Of a stretch of DNA of 64,000 nucleotides, positions 41,278-51,302 are shown piece after piece (position 1 is the stretch's first letter; every line of letters begins with the position of its first letter). The notes beneath the pieces are model-generated. The model was not told the DNA's origin. It ran no database searches and saw only the letters and a program-made list of their open reading frames with translations. The translations under genes and the position numbers were made by a program. The DNA comes from an uncultured Actinomycetota bacterium. Lineage in GTDB: Bacteria; Actinomycetota; Actinomycetes; Propionibacteriales; Nocardioidaceae. Location of the stretch: contig CAVYJQ010000009.1 in NCBI GenBank assembly GCA_963768905.1, positions 92,565-156,564 of the forward strand, written 5' to 3'.

Positions 41278-41715
41278 ATGCGCATCAGCATGGTCCTCGA
41301 AGGCAAGCCCATGAAGGACGTCGTCACGATCCGGCCCGACGCAACGGTGCGCGATCTGCTGGCGAGTCTCGCGGAGTACAACGTCGGCGCGCTGGTCGTC
41401 AGCGAGGACGGCGTCGCGGTGGCCGGGATCGTGTCGGAGCGTGACGTCGTAAGAGGACTCAGGGACGACGACTCGCTGCTGGAGTCGCAGGTCGCGTCGA
41501 TCATGACGACCGAGGTCGAGACGTGCACGGTGAACCAGACCGTCAACGAGCTGATGGAGATCATGACGAACCGCCGGTTCCGGCACCTCCCGGTCGTCGA
41601 GGAGGGTCGTCTGATCGGCATCATCAGCATCGGCGACGTCGTCAAGCACCGGATGAGTGAGCTCCAGTTCGAGCGTGATCAACTGGACTCCTACGTCCAC
41701 GGCAGCCAGACCTGA
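41278..41715 (+). CDS. CBS-domain protein
   Basis: GIVSERD, RHLPVV, ISIGDVVK. Confidence 0.92.
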   Translation: MRISMVLEGKPMKDVVTIRPDATVRDLLASLAEYNVGALVVSEDGVAVAGIVSERDVVRGLRDDDSLLESQVASIMTTEVETCTVNQTVNELMEIMTNRRFRHLPVVEEGRLIGIISIGDVVKHRMSELQFERDQLDSYVHGSQT

Positions 41716-41754
41716 GCGCATGCTCCGGGGCTGCCTGAGCCCAGAGGAGCCAAC

Positions 41755-42129
41755 GTGACCCCTGACAAGCCCGAGATCGACTTCCCCGACTCCCCGCCGC
41801 CCACCGACCTCGAGGTCACCGACCTCACGACGGGTGAGGGCGACGAGGCGGTGGCCGGCAAGTCCGTGCGCGTGCACTACGTCGGGGTGGCCCACTCGAC
41901 CGGCGAGGAGTTCGACGCGTCGTACAACCGCGGCGAGCCGCTCTCGTTCCGTCTCGGCGCCGGTCAGGTCATCTCCGGCTGGGACCAGGGCGTGCAGGGC
42001 ATGAAGGTCGGCGGGCGGCGCAAGCTCGTCATCCCGCCGCACCTGGGCTACGGCGACCGTGGCGCCGGCGGCGTGATCAAGCCCGGCGAGACGCTGATCT
42101 TCGTCGTCGACCTGCTCGAGGTCCGCTGA
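41755..42129 (+). CDS. FKBP-type peptidyl-prolyl isomerase
   Basis: VHYVG, FDASYNRG, VISGWDQG, IPPHLGYG, TLIFVVDL. Confidence 0.95.
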   Translation: MTPDKPEIDFPDSPPPTDLEVTDLTTGEGDEAVAGKSVRVHYVGVAHSTGEEFDASYNRGEPLSFRLGAGQVISGWDQGVQGMKVGGRRKLVIPPHLGYGDRGAGGVIKPGETLIFVVDLLEVR

Positions 42130-42189
42130 TCCTGGGTCGTGCGGCTGAGCCCTCCCGATAGGGAGGCGTCAGCCGCACGACCGGGCGGG

Positions 42190-42450
42190 TCAGCCGACCC
42201 GGACGGCGTCCTGGCCGAGGCTGACCACGTCACCCTTGACGAGCTGTCGGCCGCGCCGGGTCTCGAGCTCCCCGTTCACGAGCACGTGGCCCTCGGCCAG
42301 CAGCGGCTTCGCGTCGGCCCCGCTGTCGATCAGGTCGGCGAGCTTCAGGAACTGGCCGAGCCGGATCGACTCCTCACGGATGGCTACCTCCCGGACCAGG
42401 CTCTTGGGCTCGTCGTCGCCCGCACTCTTGCGCCTGAACCACATCGTCAT
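42190..42450 (-). CDS. S4-domain RNA-binding protein (YaaA/YbcJ-like)
   Basis: IRLGQFLKLA..SGADAK..VNGELETRRGRQL. Confidence 0.9.
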   Translation of the reverse strand: MTMWFRRKSAGDDEPKSLVREVAIREESIRLGQFLKLADLIDSGADAKPLLAEGHVLVNGELETRRGRQLVKGDVVSLGQDAVRVG

Positions 42451-43700
42451 ACCACCTTCGTCACTGCATGAATGGTCACGCCGACGAGCCCGCCGACGAT
42501 GGTGCCGTTGATCCTGATGAACTGAAGGTCGCGACCGACGTGCAGCTCGATCTTGCGCGCCGCCTCTCGTCCGTCCCAGCGGTCGATGGTGTGGCTGATG
42601 ACCGCCGTGAGCTCGTCTCCGTAGCGGCCAACCACGAAGACCGCGAAGTCAGCGGCGTACTTGTCGAGCCTGGCCTGCAGCGGCTCGTCGACGAGCAGGC
42701 GCGCGCCGAAGCTCGAGAGCTCGCTGGCTGCACGGTTGCGAAGCGGACCGTCGACCTCCTGGAGAGCCCCGAGCAGGGCGGCCCGGAAGGCGTTCCACAG
42801 TGATGTGGCCGTGACGAGCACCTGGGGGTGTCCGAGCACCCGGCGCTTGAGGCGCTCGGTGCGCTCCTGGGTGGCCGGGTCGTGCAGGAGGTCCTGCGCC
42901 AGGTCGCCCAGCAGGCTGTCCAGCGCGTGCCGGGCATGGTGGTCGGGGTCGCGGCGGATGTCGCTGATCCAGGCCAGCAGCTCGAGGTGCAGCCTCCGGG
43001 TGACGCGCTCGTTGACGGCCGGCGGAGACCACCACGGGGCCCGCTCCCCCACGACTTCGCTGAAGGTGTCCTCGTTGAGCCCGAGCCACCGGTGAGCCTC
43101 GTCGAGCACCAGGTCGACCAACCCGTGGTGGGCGCCGTCGCGGACGATCTCCTCCAGCAGGCTGCCCGCGAGCGGGCTCACCGGCTCCTCGATGAACCGC
43201 GGAAGCAGAGCCTCCTGGACCAGGGAGGCCATGTCCTCGTCGCGGATCTTCGAAAGCCCGATGTGCAGCAACGACGACGCCTCGTCGACGACTCGACGGG
43301 CATGCGCCTCGACGGTGAGCCAGTCCCCGAGCCGGCGGCTGAGCCGGGCGGCCTGCATCCGCTCGCGGATCACCTGCTCCTGCAGGAAGTTCTCGCCAAC
43401 GAACTCCTGCAGGCTCCTGCCCAGGTCCTCCTTGCGCTTGGGGATCAGCGCGGTGTGCGGGATCGGCAGCCCGAGCGGGTGCTTGAACAGCGCCGTGACC
43501 GCGAACCAGTCGGCGATCGCGCCGACCATCGATGCCTCCGCGCCGGCGTTCACGTAGCCGAGGAAGCCGTCCTGGTCCAGCGTCACGAGGTAGACGACGG
43601 CGGCGAAGAGCAGCAGGCCGACGGCGAGGCTCCGCATCCGGCGCAGGCCGCGGCGGCGCTCCTCGTCGAGCTCGGGGTTGGCGGTGATGGGGGATGACAT
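42447..43700 (-). CDS. DUF445 membrane protein
   Basis: EASMVGAIADWFAVTALFKHPLG, DLQFIRINGTIVGG. Confidence 0.92.
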   Translation of the reverse strand: MSSPITANPELDEERRRGLRRMRSLAVGLLLFAAVVYLVTLDQDGFLGYVNAGAEASMVGAIADWFAVTALFKHPLGLPIPHTALIPKRKEDLGRSLQEFVGENFLQEQVIRERMQAARLSRRLGDWLTVEAHARRVVDEASSLLHIGLSKIRDEDMASLVQEALLPRFIEEPVSPLAGSLLEEIVRDGAHHGLVDLVLDEAHRWLGLNEDTFSEVVGERAPWWSPPAVNERVTRRLHLELLAWISDIRRDPDHHARHALDSLLGDLAQDLLHDPATQERTERLKRRVLGHPQVLVTATSLWNAFRAALLGALQEVDGPLRNRAASELSSFGARLLVDEPLQARLDKYAADFAVFVVGRYGDELTAVISHTIDRWDGREAARKIELHVGRDLQFIRINGTIVGGLVGVTIHAVTKVV

Positions 43701-43727
43701 CGTCGTTGAACGTACCCGACCCGGCAC

Positions 43728-44799
43728 TCAGCCCGGAGGGGCGAGTACGGCGGTGTCGCCGACCAGCAGCGTCGGGGCCAACCCGGCGACGACCGAGACG
43801 GCGACGTTGGTGCCGACCGGGTATCGCACGGAGTGCGTCTGCCACGACCGCAGCGTGCGTCCCGACCCGAGCCGGACCGTGTGCAGGACGAAGGCTCCGT
43901 GGTACTCCACGGCCACCACCTGGGCAGACGACGAGTCGTCGGGGGCGAGCGCAACCTCGTGCGGACGCAGGACCACGTCGACGTCGACGTTCGTGTGCGC
44001 CCAGCCGGGGACCGTCGACACGACGCCGATCTCGCAGGTGAGCAGGGCGTTGTGCACGTGCGCCGGCAGGAAGTCGGCGTCCCCCATGAACGACGCGACG
44101 AACCGCGTGGCCGGGGCCTCGAAGACGCGCTGGGGGGTGTCCGCCTGCTCGATGCAGCCGTTGCGCATCACCACGACCCGGTCGCCGGTCGAGAGCGCCT
44201 CGGTCTGGTCGTGGGTCACCAGCATCGCCGTCGTACCGGTCTCGCGGAGGGCGCTGACGGTCTCGGACGCGGACCTGCGCCCGCAGCGTCTCGTCGAGGC
44301 TGCTGAACGGCTCGTCGAGCAGGACGACGGCCGGGCGGGGCGCGAGGGCCCGGGCCAGGGCGACGCGCTGCTGCTCACCGCCGGAGAGCTCGTGCGGGTA
44401 GCGCGAGGCGAGCTCGCCGAGCCGGACCAGCTCGAGCACCTCGCCGACCCTGCGGCTCTGCTCGGCCTTGGGCAGCCGGTCGATGCCGAACGCGACGTTG
44501 CGAGCCACGGTGAGGTGCGGGAAGAGCGCGTGGTCCTGGAAGACCAGCCCGACCCGACGTCGCTCCGGCGGCGTCCAGACGCGGCGGTCGGCGACGACCT
44601 CGCCGGCGATCCGGATCGTGCCTTCATCGGGACGCTCCAACCCCGCGACGAGCCTGAGCGTCGTGGACTTGCCGCAGCCGGAGGGGCCGATCAACGTCAG
44701 CAGCTCTCCCGGGGCAGCCTCGAGCGAGAGGTCACGAGCGGCGGCCACAGAGCCGTACCGCTTCGAGACTGCGTCGAGCACGAGAGCGGGTTCGGTCAT
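43728..44799 (-). CDS. Fe3+ ABC transporter ATPase (FbpC-like; +1 indel near 44270)
   Basis: GPSGCGKST, VFQDHALFPH, LSGGEQQRVALAR, LLDEPF, then VTHDQTEA in the next frame. Confidence 0.9.
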
Positions 44800-44800
44800 C

Positions 44801-46483
44801 TCAGCGCCTCCCGCGGCTGTCGGAGGCGCGCACCTGTCGGAACAGGAAGAAGACCGGGACGCCGGCGGCGGCGACGATCACCAGCGCCGGCATCGACGCC
44901 TTCAGCCAGAAGTTCTCGCCGGCTAGCTGGTACACCCACACGGACAACGTAGTGAACCCGAACGGCCTGAGCAGCAGCACGATGGGAAGCTCCTTGATCG
45001 CGTCGATCGTGACGAGCACCAATGCCACCGCGACGCCGGGCCGGACCAGGGGCAGGTGCACCCGGCGCAGGATCCGCAGCGGGGACGCTCCGAGGCTGAG
45101 TGCCGACAGGGTCATGCTCGGTTGCACCTTGGTGAAGCTGGCGTCGACGGCCTGGTACGCCGGGGCGAGGAATCGGACCAGGTAGGCGTAGAGGATGCCG
45201 GCCACGGAGCCGGTGACCAGGAGGCCGGTGCCGCCGGCGACGCCCACCGCTTCGAGGAACCGGTCGAGCGACGCGAATGCGAGCAGCACGCCGATGCCGA
45301 CGACCGCGCCCGGGACGGCGTACCCGAACGTCGTGAGCTGGGCCGCCGACCGCACCAGCCGCCCGCCGCCCATCCGGACGGCGTGGCTCATCACCACGGA
45401 CAGCAGCACGCAGGCCGTCGCCACGATCGCGGCCACGCCGAGGCTGTTGCCGAGGTACTCGCCGAAGCGCGGGTCGAAGACCCCCTCCGGGTTGCCGACG
45501 GCCTCGGTCACGGCCCACACCGCGAGTCGGGCAACGGGGATGAAGAAGCCTGCGGCGAGCGCCAGCAGGCAGGCCCCCGTGGCCGCCCAGCCTCGCCATC
45601 CTTCGAGTCGGCGCACCTGCAGCCCCTGGCCCCGCCCGCCGCGCTGGTGGTAGCGGGCTCGGCCGCGCAGCATCCGCTCACCGGCCAGCACGGCGACGGC
45701 GAACATCAGCACCAGCACCGAGAGCTGGGTCGCGGAGTGGAAGTCGAAGGAGCCCTTCCAGACCAGGTAGACGCCGACCGACACCGTCTTGACGCCGAAG
45801 TACTGCACCGTTGCGAAGTCGGTGAGGGTCTCCATCATCACCAGCGCCAGGCCGGCGGCCAGCGACGGCCGCGCCAGCGGCAGCAGCACCTTCCTGAAGG
45901 CCCGGGCCCGGCTGGCGCCCAGCGTGCGGGCGGCGTCGTACGTCGATGGCGACTGCTCGACCAGGGCGGCCCGCGCCATCAGGTAGACGTAGGGGAAGAG
46001 CGACAGCGACATCACGATCACCGCGCCCGGCAGCGACCGGACCTCGGGCAGCCAGAGGTCGGCGCCGAACAGCCCGCGCAGCCCGCGCTGCACCGGGCCG
46101 GCGACGTCGAACGTCGACAGGAAGACGAAGCCGAGGATGTACGCCGGCATCGCCAGCGGCAGCACCAGCAACCAGACCAGCACGTCGCGGAACGGGAACC
46201 GGTACGCCGTCACCAACCAGGCGAGCCCGCCGCCGATCACGAGCGTGCCGACGCCCACGCCGACCATCAGGCCGACCGTGGTCAGCACCATGTCTCCGAG
46301 CCCGCGCGGCAGCGTGAGATCACCCGAGCTGACCAGCCCGTCGAGGACGACCGCGACCACCGGGGACGCGACCAGCACCGCGATCAGCAGCACGAGCAAC
46401 GACCACGCCGGGCGGCCGGAGGAGGCGGCGCGACGTGGTCGGCTGATGCGTGTCCTGACGGGCAGGACGGCGGGGTGCGTCAC
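44801..46483 (-). CDS. Fe3+ ABC transporter permease (FbpB-like)
   Basis: LPLAMPAYI, PYVYL, DFATVQYFG, GYAVPGAV, KELP. Confidence 0.92.
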   Translation of the reverse strand: MTHPAVLPVRTRISRPRRAASSGRPAWSLLVLLIAVLVASPVVAVVLDGLVSSGDLTLPRGLGDMVLTTVGLMVGVGVGTLVIGGGLAWLVTAYRFPFRDVLVWLLVLPLAMPAYILGFVFLSTFDVAGPVQRGLRGLFGADLWLPEVRSLPGAVIVMSLSLFPYVYLMARAALVEQSPSTYDAARTLGASRARAFRKVLLPLARPSLAAGLALVMMETLTDFATVQYFGVKTVSVGVYLVWKGSFDFHSATQLSVLVLMFAVAVLAGERMLRGRARYHQRGGRGQGLQVRRLEGWRGWAATGACLLALAAGFFIPVARLAVWAVTEAVGNPEGVFDPRFGEYLGNSLGVAAIVATACVLLSVVMSHAVRMGGGRLVRSAAQLTTFGYAVPGAVVGIGVLLAFASLDRFLEAVGVAGGTGLLVTGSVAGILYAYLVRFLAPAYQAVDASFTKVQPSMTLSALSLGASPLRILRRVHLPLVRPGVAVALVLVTIDAIKELPIVLLLRPFGFTTLSVWVYQLAGENFWLKASMPALVIVAAAGVPVFFLFRQVRASDSRGRR

Positions 46484-46487
46484 CGGA

Positions 46488-47520
46488 TCACTCGTAGCCG
46501 GCCTCGGCGAGCAGGTCGACTGCCTCCGCGTTCAGGTCGCCGTACGCCTCCGCGTTGAGGCGCATCGGCGAGAACTCGCCGAACCCGGCGACGACGTCGT
46601 CCGGCTTCACGTCGGGGTTGACCGGGTACTCGTGGTTGTCACCCACGAAGGCGCCCTGCCCGTTCGACGCGAGCCACTCCAGCAGCTTCTTCGCCTTCCC
46701 GGGCGCGTCGGAGGACTTCACCAGACCGGCGCCGGAGATGTTCACGTGCGTGCCGGCGCCGTCCTGGCTGGCCCAGTACAGCTTCACGTTGAGGTCGGGG
46801 TCCTCGCCGAGCTGGCGTGCGTAGTAGTAGTGGTTGACCAGAGCCGACGTCACAGGCGCCGCTGTCGAGAGCCTCGAGCAGCAGGATGTCGTTGCTCATC
46901 ACCTGAACGTCGTTCGCGACCCAGGACTCGACGATCTCGAGGGTGCGCTCGCGGCCGTACAGGTCGATCAGGCTGGCGACGAGCGACTGCGTGTAGGCCT
47001 CGGTGTCGTCGCGCATGCACAGCCGGCCCTTCCACTTCGGGTCGCCGAGCTCCGCGTACGTCTCCTCGGAGTCGAACTCCGCCGGGTCGACGCGGTCGGG
47101 GTTGTACGCAACGGTGCGAGCCCGGACGGCGAGACCGAACCAGCGGTTCTGCGCGTCCCGGTAGCCCTCCGGGATCGACTCGGCCAGCACGCTCGACTCG
47201 ACGGGGGCCAGCTCGCCCTGCTGTGCGGCGCTCCAGAGGTTGCCTGCGTCCACCGTCATGTAGAGGTCCGCGGGCGTATCGGCCCCTTCGGCCTTGAGTC
47301 GCTGGAAGAGCTCGGCGTCGTCGCCGTAGATGAAGTCGACGGAGAGGCCGGTCTCCTTCTCGAACTCCGCGAACGCCTCTTCGAGGTCGTAGTGGCGCGC
47401 CGAGTAGACCTGGATGTCCCCGGGCTCTTCGCCTCCGATGCCGAGGAAGCCACAGCCGGAGACAAGGGTGGTGAAGGCGACCGCCATCGCGGTGGCGGCG
47501 ACACGGGCGGACGTGCGCAT
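46488..47520 (-). CDS. Fe3+ ABC substrate-binding lipoprotein (FbpA/FutA-like; +1 indel near 46845)
   Basis: Lipobox VSGC, VYSARHY, TVDAGNL, then VNHYY, HVNISG, NHEYP in the next frame. Confidence 0.9.
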
Positions 47521-47543
47521 CGGACTCCTGTCGACGGGATAAC

Positions 47544-47562
47544 TTAGGCAAGGCTAACCTGT
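47544..47562. promoter_or_regulatory. IdeR/DtxR (DmdR) iron box
   Basis: TTAGGCAAGGCTAACCTGT, 16/19 match to TWAGGTWAGSCTWACCTWA, 23 bp upstream of the iron ABC operon start. Confidence 0.8.
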
Positions 47563-47659
47563 CGTTCCAGCCCGTGCCACGCGGGCTCTGTCACAGCGCC
47601 CGCGAGGCACTCGCGGGTGCACGCCGCCGGCGCGGCCCCGACGTGGGAGGATCCCGCCC

Positions 47660-48061
47660 ATGGCCAGAACCGTGATCACCTTCGGCACCTTCGACGTCTT
47701 CCACGTCGGTCACCTGCGCGTGATCGAGCGCGCGGCCTCACTCGGCGACCGCCTGGTGGTCGGGGTGTCTGCCGACGCCCTCAACGAGCGCAAGAAGGGC
47801 CGCGCTCCGGTCTTCTCCCAGGCCGAGCGCCTGGAGATCGTCGCAGCACTCAAGGTCGTCGACGCGGTCTTCGTCGAGGAGTCCCTCGAGCTCAAGCGCC
47901 AGTACATCCTCGAGCACAACGCGGACATCCTCGTCATGGGCGACGACTGGGCCGGGCGGTTCGACGAGTTCAAGGACATCTGCGAGGTGCACTACCTCCC
48001 CCGCACGCCCGCCATCTCCACGACCGCGCTGATCGAGAAGATCTCCTCGGGAACCGAGTAG
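47660..48061 (+). CDS. Cytidylyltransferase (TagD/glycerol-3-phosphate CT-like)
   Basis: TFGTFDVFHVGH, VGVSAD, MGDDW, RTPAISTT. Confidence 0.9.
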   Translation: MARTVITFGTFDVFHVGHLRVIERAASLGDRLVVGVSADALNERKKGRAPVFSQAERLEIVAALKVVDAVFVEESLELKRQYILEHNADILVMGDDWAGRFDEFKDICEVHYLPRTPAISTTALIEKISSGTE

Positions 48062-48066
48062 CCCCG

Positions 48067-48399
48067 GTGGCGTCCGAGCAGCGTCCGGTTCGCCGGCACC
48101 TGATGGACCCTGGCAACCCGCGCCTGATGAACCGGGAGCCGATGAGCATCGGCCGCGTGCAGAAGTGGGTTCTCTCGTCGCTGGCGGCCACGACGATCAT
48201 GCACCTGGCGGTCGGGCTCGTGGTCGCGGCTGCCTTCGCCGACCGCCTCGATGCCCAGGTGGGGCTGCTCCTGATCGGAGCCGCGTTCGGCCTGATCGCC
48301 ATCGTGGCCGCGCTGATGATCCATCAGCACCGGCTGCTCAGCCCGTGGCTGCTCCTCGGGCTCCTGCCCAGCCTGGTCGGCGTCGCTGTCGTGTTCTGA
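48067..48399 (+). CDS. Hypothetical membrane protein
   Basis: Three hydrophobic segments after RVQKWV. Confidence 0.7.
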   Translation: MASEQRPVRRHLMDPGNPRLMNREPMSIGRVQKWVLSSLAATTIMHLAVGLVVAAAFADRLDAQVGLLLIGAAFGLIAIVAALMIHQHRLLSPWLLLGLLPSLVGVAVVF

Positions 48400-48408
48400 C
48401 CGTGCGGG

Positions 48409-48642
48409 TCACGTCGTCCAGAGCAGGCCCCTGGGGTCCCGCTGGACCATGCCGTCCGACAGCAGCCGGGTGAGCGCCCGATGGAACCGGTTCTTCTCCC
48501 AGTAGGGAGCACCGACCAAGAGCGCGAGCTCCTCCTCGGTCTGTGGGCCGTTGGCCTCGAGGGCACGGACCACCTGACCTACCTCGTGCAGGACCTGCCG
48601 GTCCATGGCGGCCATGGGGTCGGTGCGCTCGGGTGTCGTCAT
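48409..48642 (-). CDS. Hypothetical small protein (possible winged helix)
   Basis: VVRALEANGPQTEEELALLVGAPYWE..FHRAL..DG.V. Confidence 0.65.
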   Translation of the reverse strand: MTTPERTDPMAAMDRQVLHEVGQVVRALEANGPQTEEELALLVGAPYWEKNRFHRALTRLLSDGMVQRDPRGLLWTT

Positions 48643-48891
48643 GGAGCGGCCGTACCCGAGCCGCCGCCGTACATGCGTCACAGGGGTCACAGCTCGATCC
48701 GTCGAAATCCGCCGGGCTCGAGAGGTGCTTTTTGCGCGCACCTGGGTATGGTGGAGAACGAATCGGTAACCGGGGGTCCGCCCCCGTCACCATGACCTCG
48801 CTGGAGAAGACGGCGGGGCCGATTGGTCGCTCGGGCTGCAAGCCACGGGCGGCACGGAGAGCCTGGGGGATTCGGCTTGTCCGCGAATTCG

Positions 48892-49680
48892 ATGACGGTG
48901 CCCATCCCGTCACACACCGGTACAGACGACCGCAGCGCCCGCTCACGCGACACCGCTGAGTTGCTCAACCGGATCGCCGACGCCACCACCGATGAGGAAC
49001 GCCAACGGCTGGTCGACGAGCTGGTCGTGACGAACCTCGGCGTGGCGCACTCGATCGCCATGCGGTACCGCAACCGGGGCATCTCGGTCGACGATCTCGA
49101 GCAGGTTGCCCGGCTGGGCCTCGTCAAGGCGGCGAAGGCGTTCGACCCGGCTCGCCAGAACGACTTCCTGGCCTACGCCGTGCCGACCATCCGCGGCGAG
49201 GTTCGCAAGCACTTCCGCGACTACGGCTGGACGGTCCGCCCGCCCCGCCGGATCCAGGAGCTGCAGAGCCGGATCATGGCCGCGGCCACCGACCTCACGC
49301 AGTCCCTCGGCCGCTCCCCCCGGCCCTCGGAGATCGCCGCCCACCTCGGTGCCGAGGTTGAGGAGGTGCACGAGGCGCTGTCCGCCGACGGTTGCTTCAG
49401 CCCTTCCTCCCTGGATCGCCGCGTCGCCGACGACGAGAGCGCCGCGACGCTGGGCGACCTCCTGCCCAGCGATGACGACGACCAGGAAGCCGCGGAGGCG
49501 CGGCTGATGCTGGCCCCTGCCGTGCGCAACCTGTGTGAGCGCGACCGGCTGATCCTGCACCTGCGGTTCTTCAAGGGACTCACCCAGGAGGAGATCGCCC
49601 AGGAGATCGGGGTGACCCAGATGCACGTGTCTCGCCTGCTCAGCCGGATTCTGCAGGAGTTGCGCTCCGAACTATCCTGA
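48892..49680 (+). CDS. Second SigB/SigF-family sigma factor
   Basis: DDLEQVARLGLVKAA..FD, YAVPTIRGEVRKHFRD, TQEEIAQEIGVTQMHVSR. Confidence 0.93.
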   Translation: MTVPIPSHTGTDDRSARSRDTAELLNRIADATTDEERQRLVDELVVTNLGVAHSIAMRYRNRGISVDDLEQVARLGLVKAAKAFDPARQNDFLAYAVPTIRGEVRKHFRDYGWTVRPPRRIQELQSRIMAAATDLTQSLGRSPRPSEIAAHLGAEVEEVHEALSADGCFSPSSLDRRVADDESAATLGDLLPSDDDDQEAAEARLMLAPAVRNLCERDRLILHLRFFKGLTQEEIAQEIGVTQMHVSRLLSRILQELRSELS

Positions 49681-49752
49681 CCCCATGGCAGCGGCCTCTG
49701 GCCGCGGGACGGCACCGCATCGAGCGGTGGCTCGAGGCAGGAGGTTGGGTCA

Positions 49753-50514
49753 GTGACGAGCTCTTCCGAGGTGGCGGCCTCGTTCGCCCGGCTCAGCCGG
49801 GACCTGCTCACCCGACCCGGCGGAGATCTGACCTTCCAACGGATCGCCGAGCGCGCTGTGGAGGTCATCCCGCCCTGCGACTTCGTGGGCATCACCATGC
49901 GTCGACGGCAGGGCCGGGCCGAGTCGGTCGCCTCGACGTCCGAGCTGGCAGACCGCTGCGACGCCCTGCAGTACGAGCTGAACGAGGGCCCCTGCCTCGA
50001 CGCGGTCTCCGAGGACGAGGCGTACCTGATCGAGGACGTCGGCTCCGACCCGCGCTGGCCAAACTGGGGCCCGCTCGCGGCCAAGGAGGGCGTCGGCTCG
50101 ATCCTGAGCGTCCGGATGGCCAACGACACCGAGGTGCTCGGCGCGCTCAACCTCTACTCGACCAAGGTCCGGGCCTTCGACTCCGACAGCGTCGACCTCG
50201 GCCTCGTGTTCGCCTCGCACGCGGCGACCGCGATCAACAACGCCCAGCTGGTCAACGGGCTCCAGACGGCACTGCAGAGCCGGCACCTGATCGGCGTCGC
50301 CCAAGGCATCCTGATGGCGCAGTACGACCTCGGCCTGGAGACGTCGTTCGAGGTGCTGCGCCGCTACTCCAGCCACGCCAACGTGAAGCTGCGGGACGTC
50401 GCCAACCAGGTGGTCGAGCTGCGCGCGCTCCCCGACGACTACTCCGAGGTCGACCGCTCCGACGGTAGAGACCCTCTGGCCACCCCGGACCCGGCCCCCG
50501 AGCCCAGCATCTGA
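49753..50514 (+). CDS. GAF and ANTAR domain protein
   Basis: LQYELNEGPC, GALNLYS, ALQSRHLIGVAQGILM..FEVLRRYS..NVKL. Confidence 0.92.
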   Translation: MTSSSEVAASFARLSRDLLTRPGGDLTFQRIAERAVEVIPPCDFVGITMRRRQGRAESVASTSELADRCDALQYELNEGPCLDAVSEDEAYLIEDVGSDPRWPNWGPLAAKEGVGSILSVRMANDTEVLGALNLYSTKVRAFDSDSVDLGLVFASHAATAINNAQLVNGLQTALQSRHLIGVAQGILMAQYDLGLETSFEVLRRYSSHANVKLRDVANQVVELRALPDDYSEVDRSDGRDPLATPDPAPEPSI

Positions 50515-50546
50515 CCCGACACCCACCCGGGCATTAGGCTCGTCCA

Positions 50547-51290
50547 GTGAAGCCGTTTCTCCTGCTGGGCACTCGAGCCGACGACGGCGTCGCCGAGAAC
50601 GAGTACGCCGCCTTCCTCGAGGGCAGCGGCCTCGACGAGTCACGGCTCCGGCGGATCCGCCTCGAGCAGGTCCGCCTCGACGACATCGACCTCTCCGAGT
50701 GGTCCGGCATCTTCCTCGGCGGCGGGCCGTTCAACTCGAGCGACCCACTGACCGAGAAGTCACCCGTGCAGCTGCGGGTCGAGGCTGACCTCGCCCGCCT
50801 GCTCGACCAGGTCGTCGACCAGGACTTCCCGTTCCTGGGGGCGTGTTACGGGATCGGCACCCTGGGCACTCACCAGGGCGCGGTGGTGGACCGGACGTAC
50901 GGCGAGACGATCGGCCGGATCTCGGTGTGGCTCACCGAGGAGGGCGCGGCGGATCCCCTCTTTCAGGTGCTCCCTTCGACGTTCGACACGTTCGCCGGGC
51001 ACAAGGAGGCGATCCGGAAGCTGCCGGCGCACGCGGTCAACCTGGCCAGCTCGGAGACCTGCCCCGTGCAGGGCTTCCGGATCGGGCGCAACGTGTACGC
51101 CACCCAGTTCCATCCCGAGCTCGACATCGAGGGGCTCTGCCTCCGCATCGAGGTCTACAAGCACCACGGGTACTTCGAGCCTGAGCAGGCCGAGACGCTC
51201 AAGGAGATGGCGCGGGCCGCGCGGGTCGTGGACCCGTCCCGGATCCTGTCCCGGTTCGTCGAGCTCTACAGCGACGACGGCACCGGCTGA
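50547..51290 (+). CDS. Class I glutamine amidotransferase
   Basis: GGGPFN, GACYG, HKE, TQFHPE. Confidence 0.92.
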   Translation: MKPFLLLGTRADDGVAENEYAAFLEGSGLDESRLRRIRLEQVRLDDIDLSEWSGIFLGGGPFNSSDPLTEKSPVQLRVEADLARLLDQVVDQDFPFLGACYGIGTLGTHQGAVVDRTYGETIGRISVWLTEEGAADPLFQVLPSTFDTFAGHKEAIRKLPAHAVNLASSETCPVQGFRIGRNVYATQFHPELDIEGLCLRIEVYKHHGYFEPEQAETLKEMARAARVVDPSRILSRFVELYSDDGTG

Positions 51291-51302
51291 GCCGGCGTCA
51301 GG

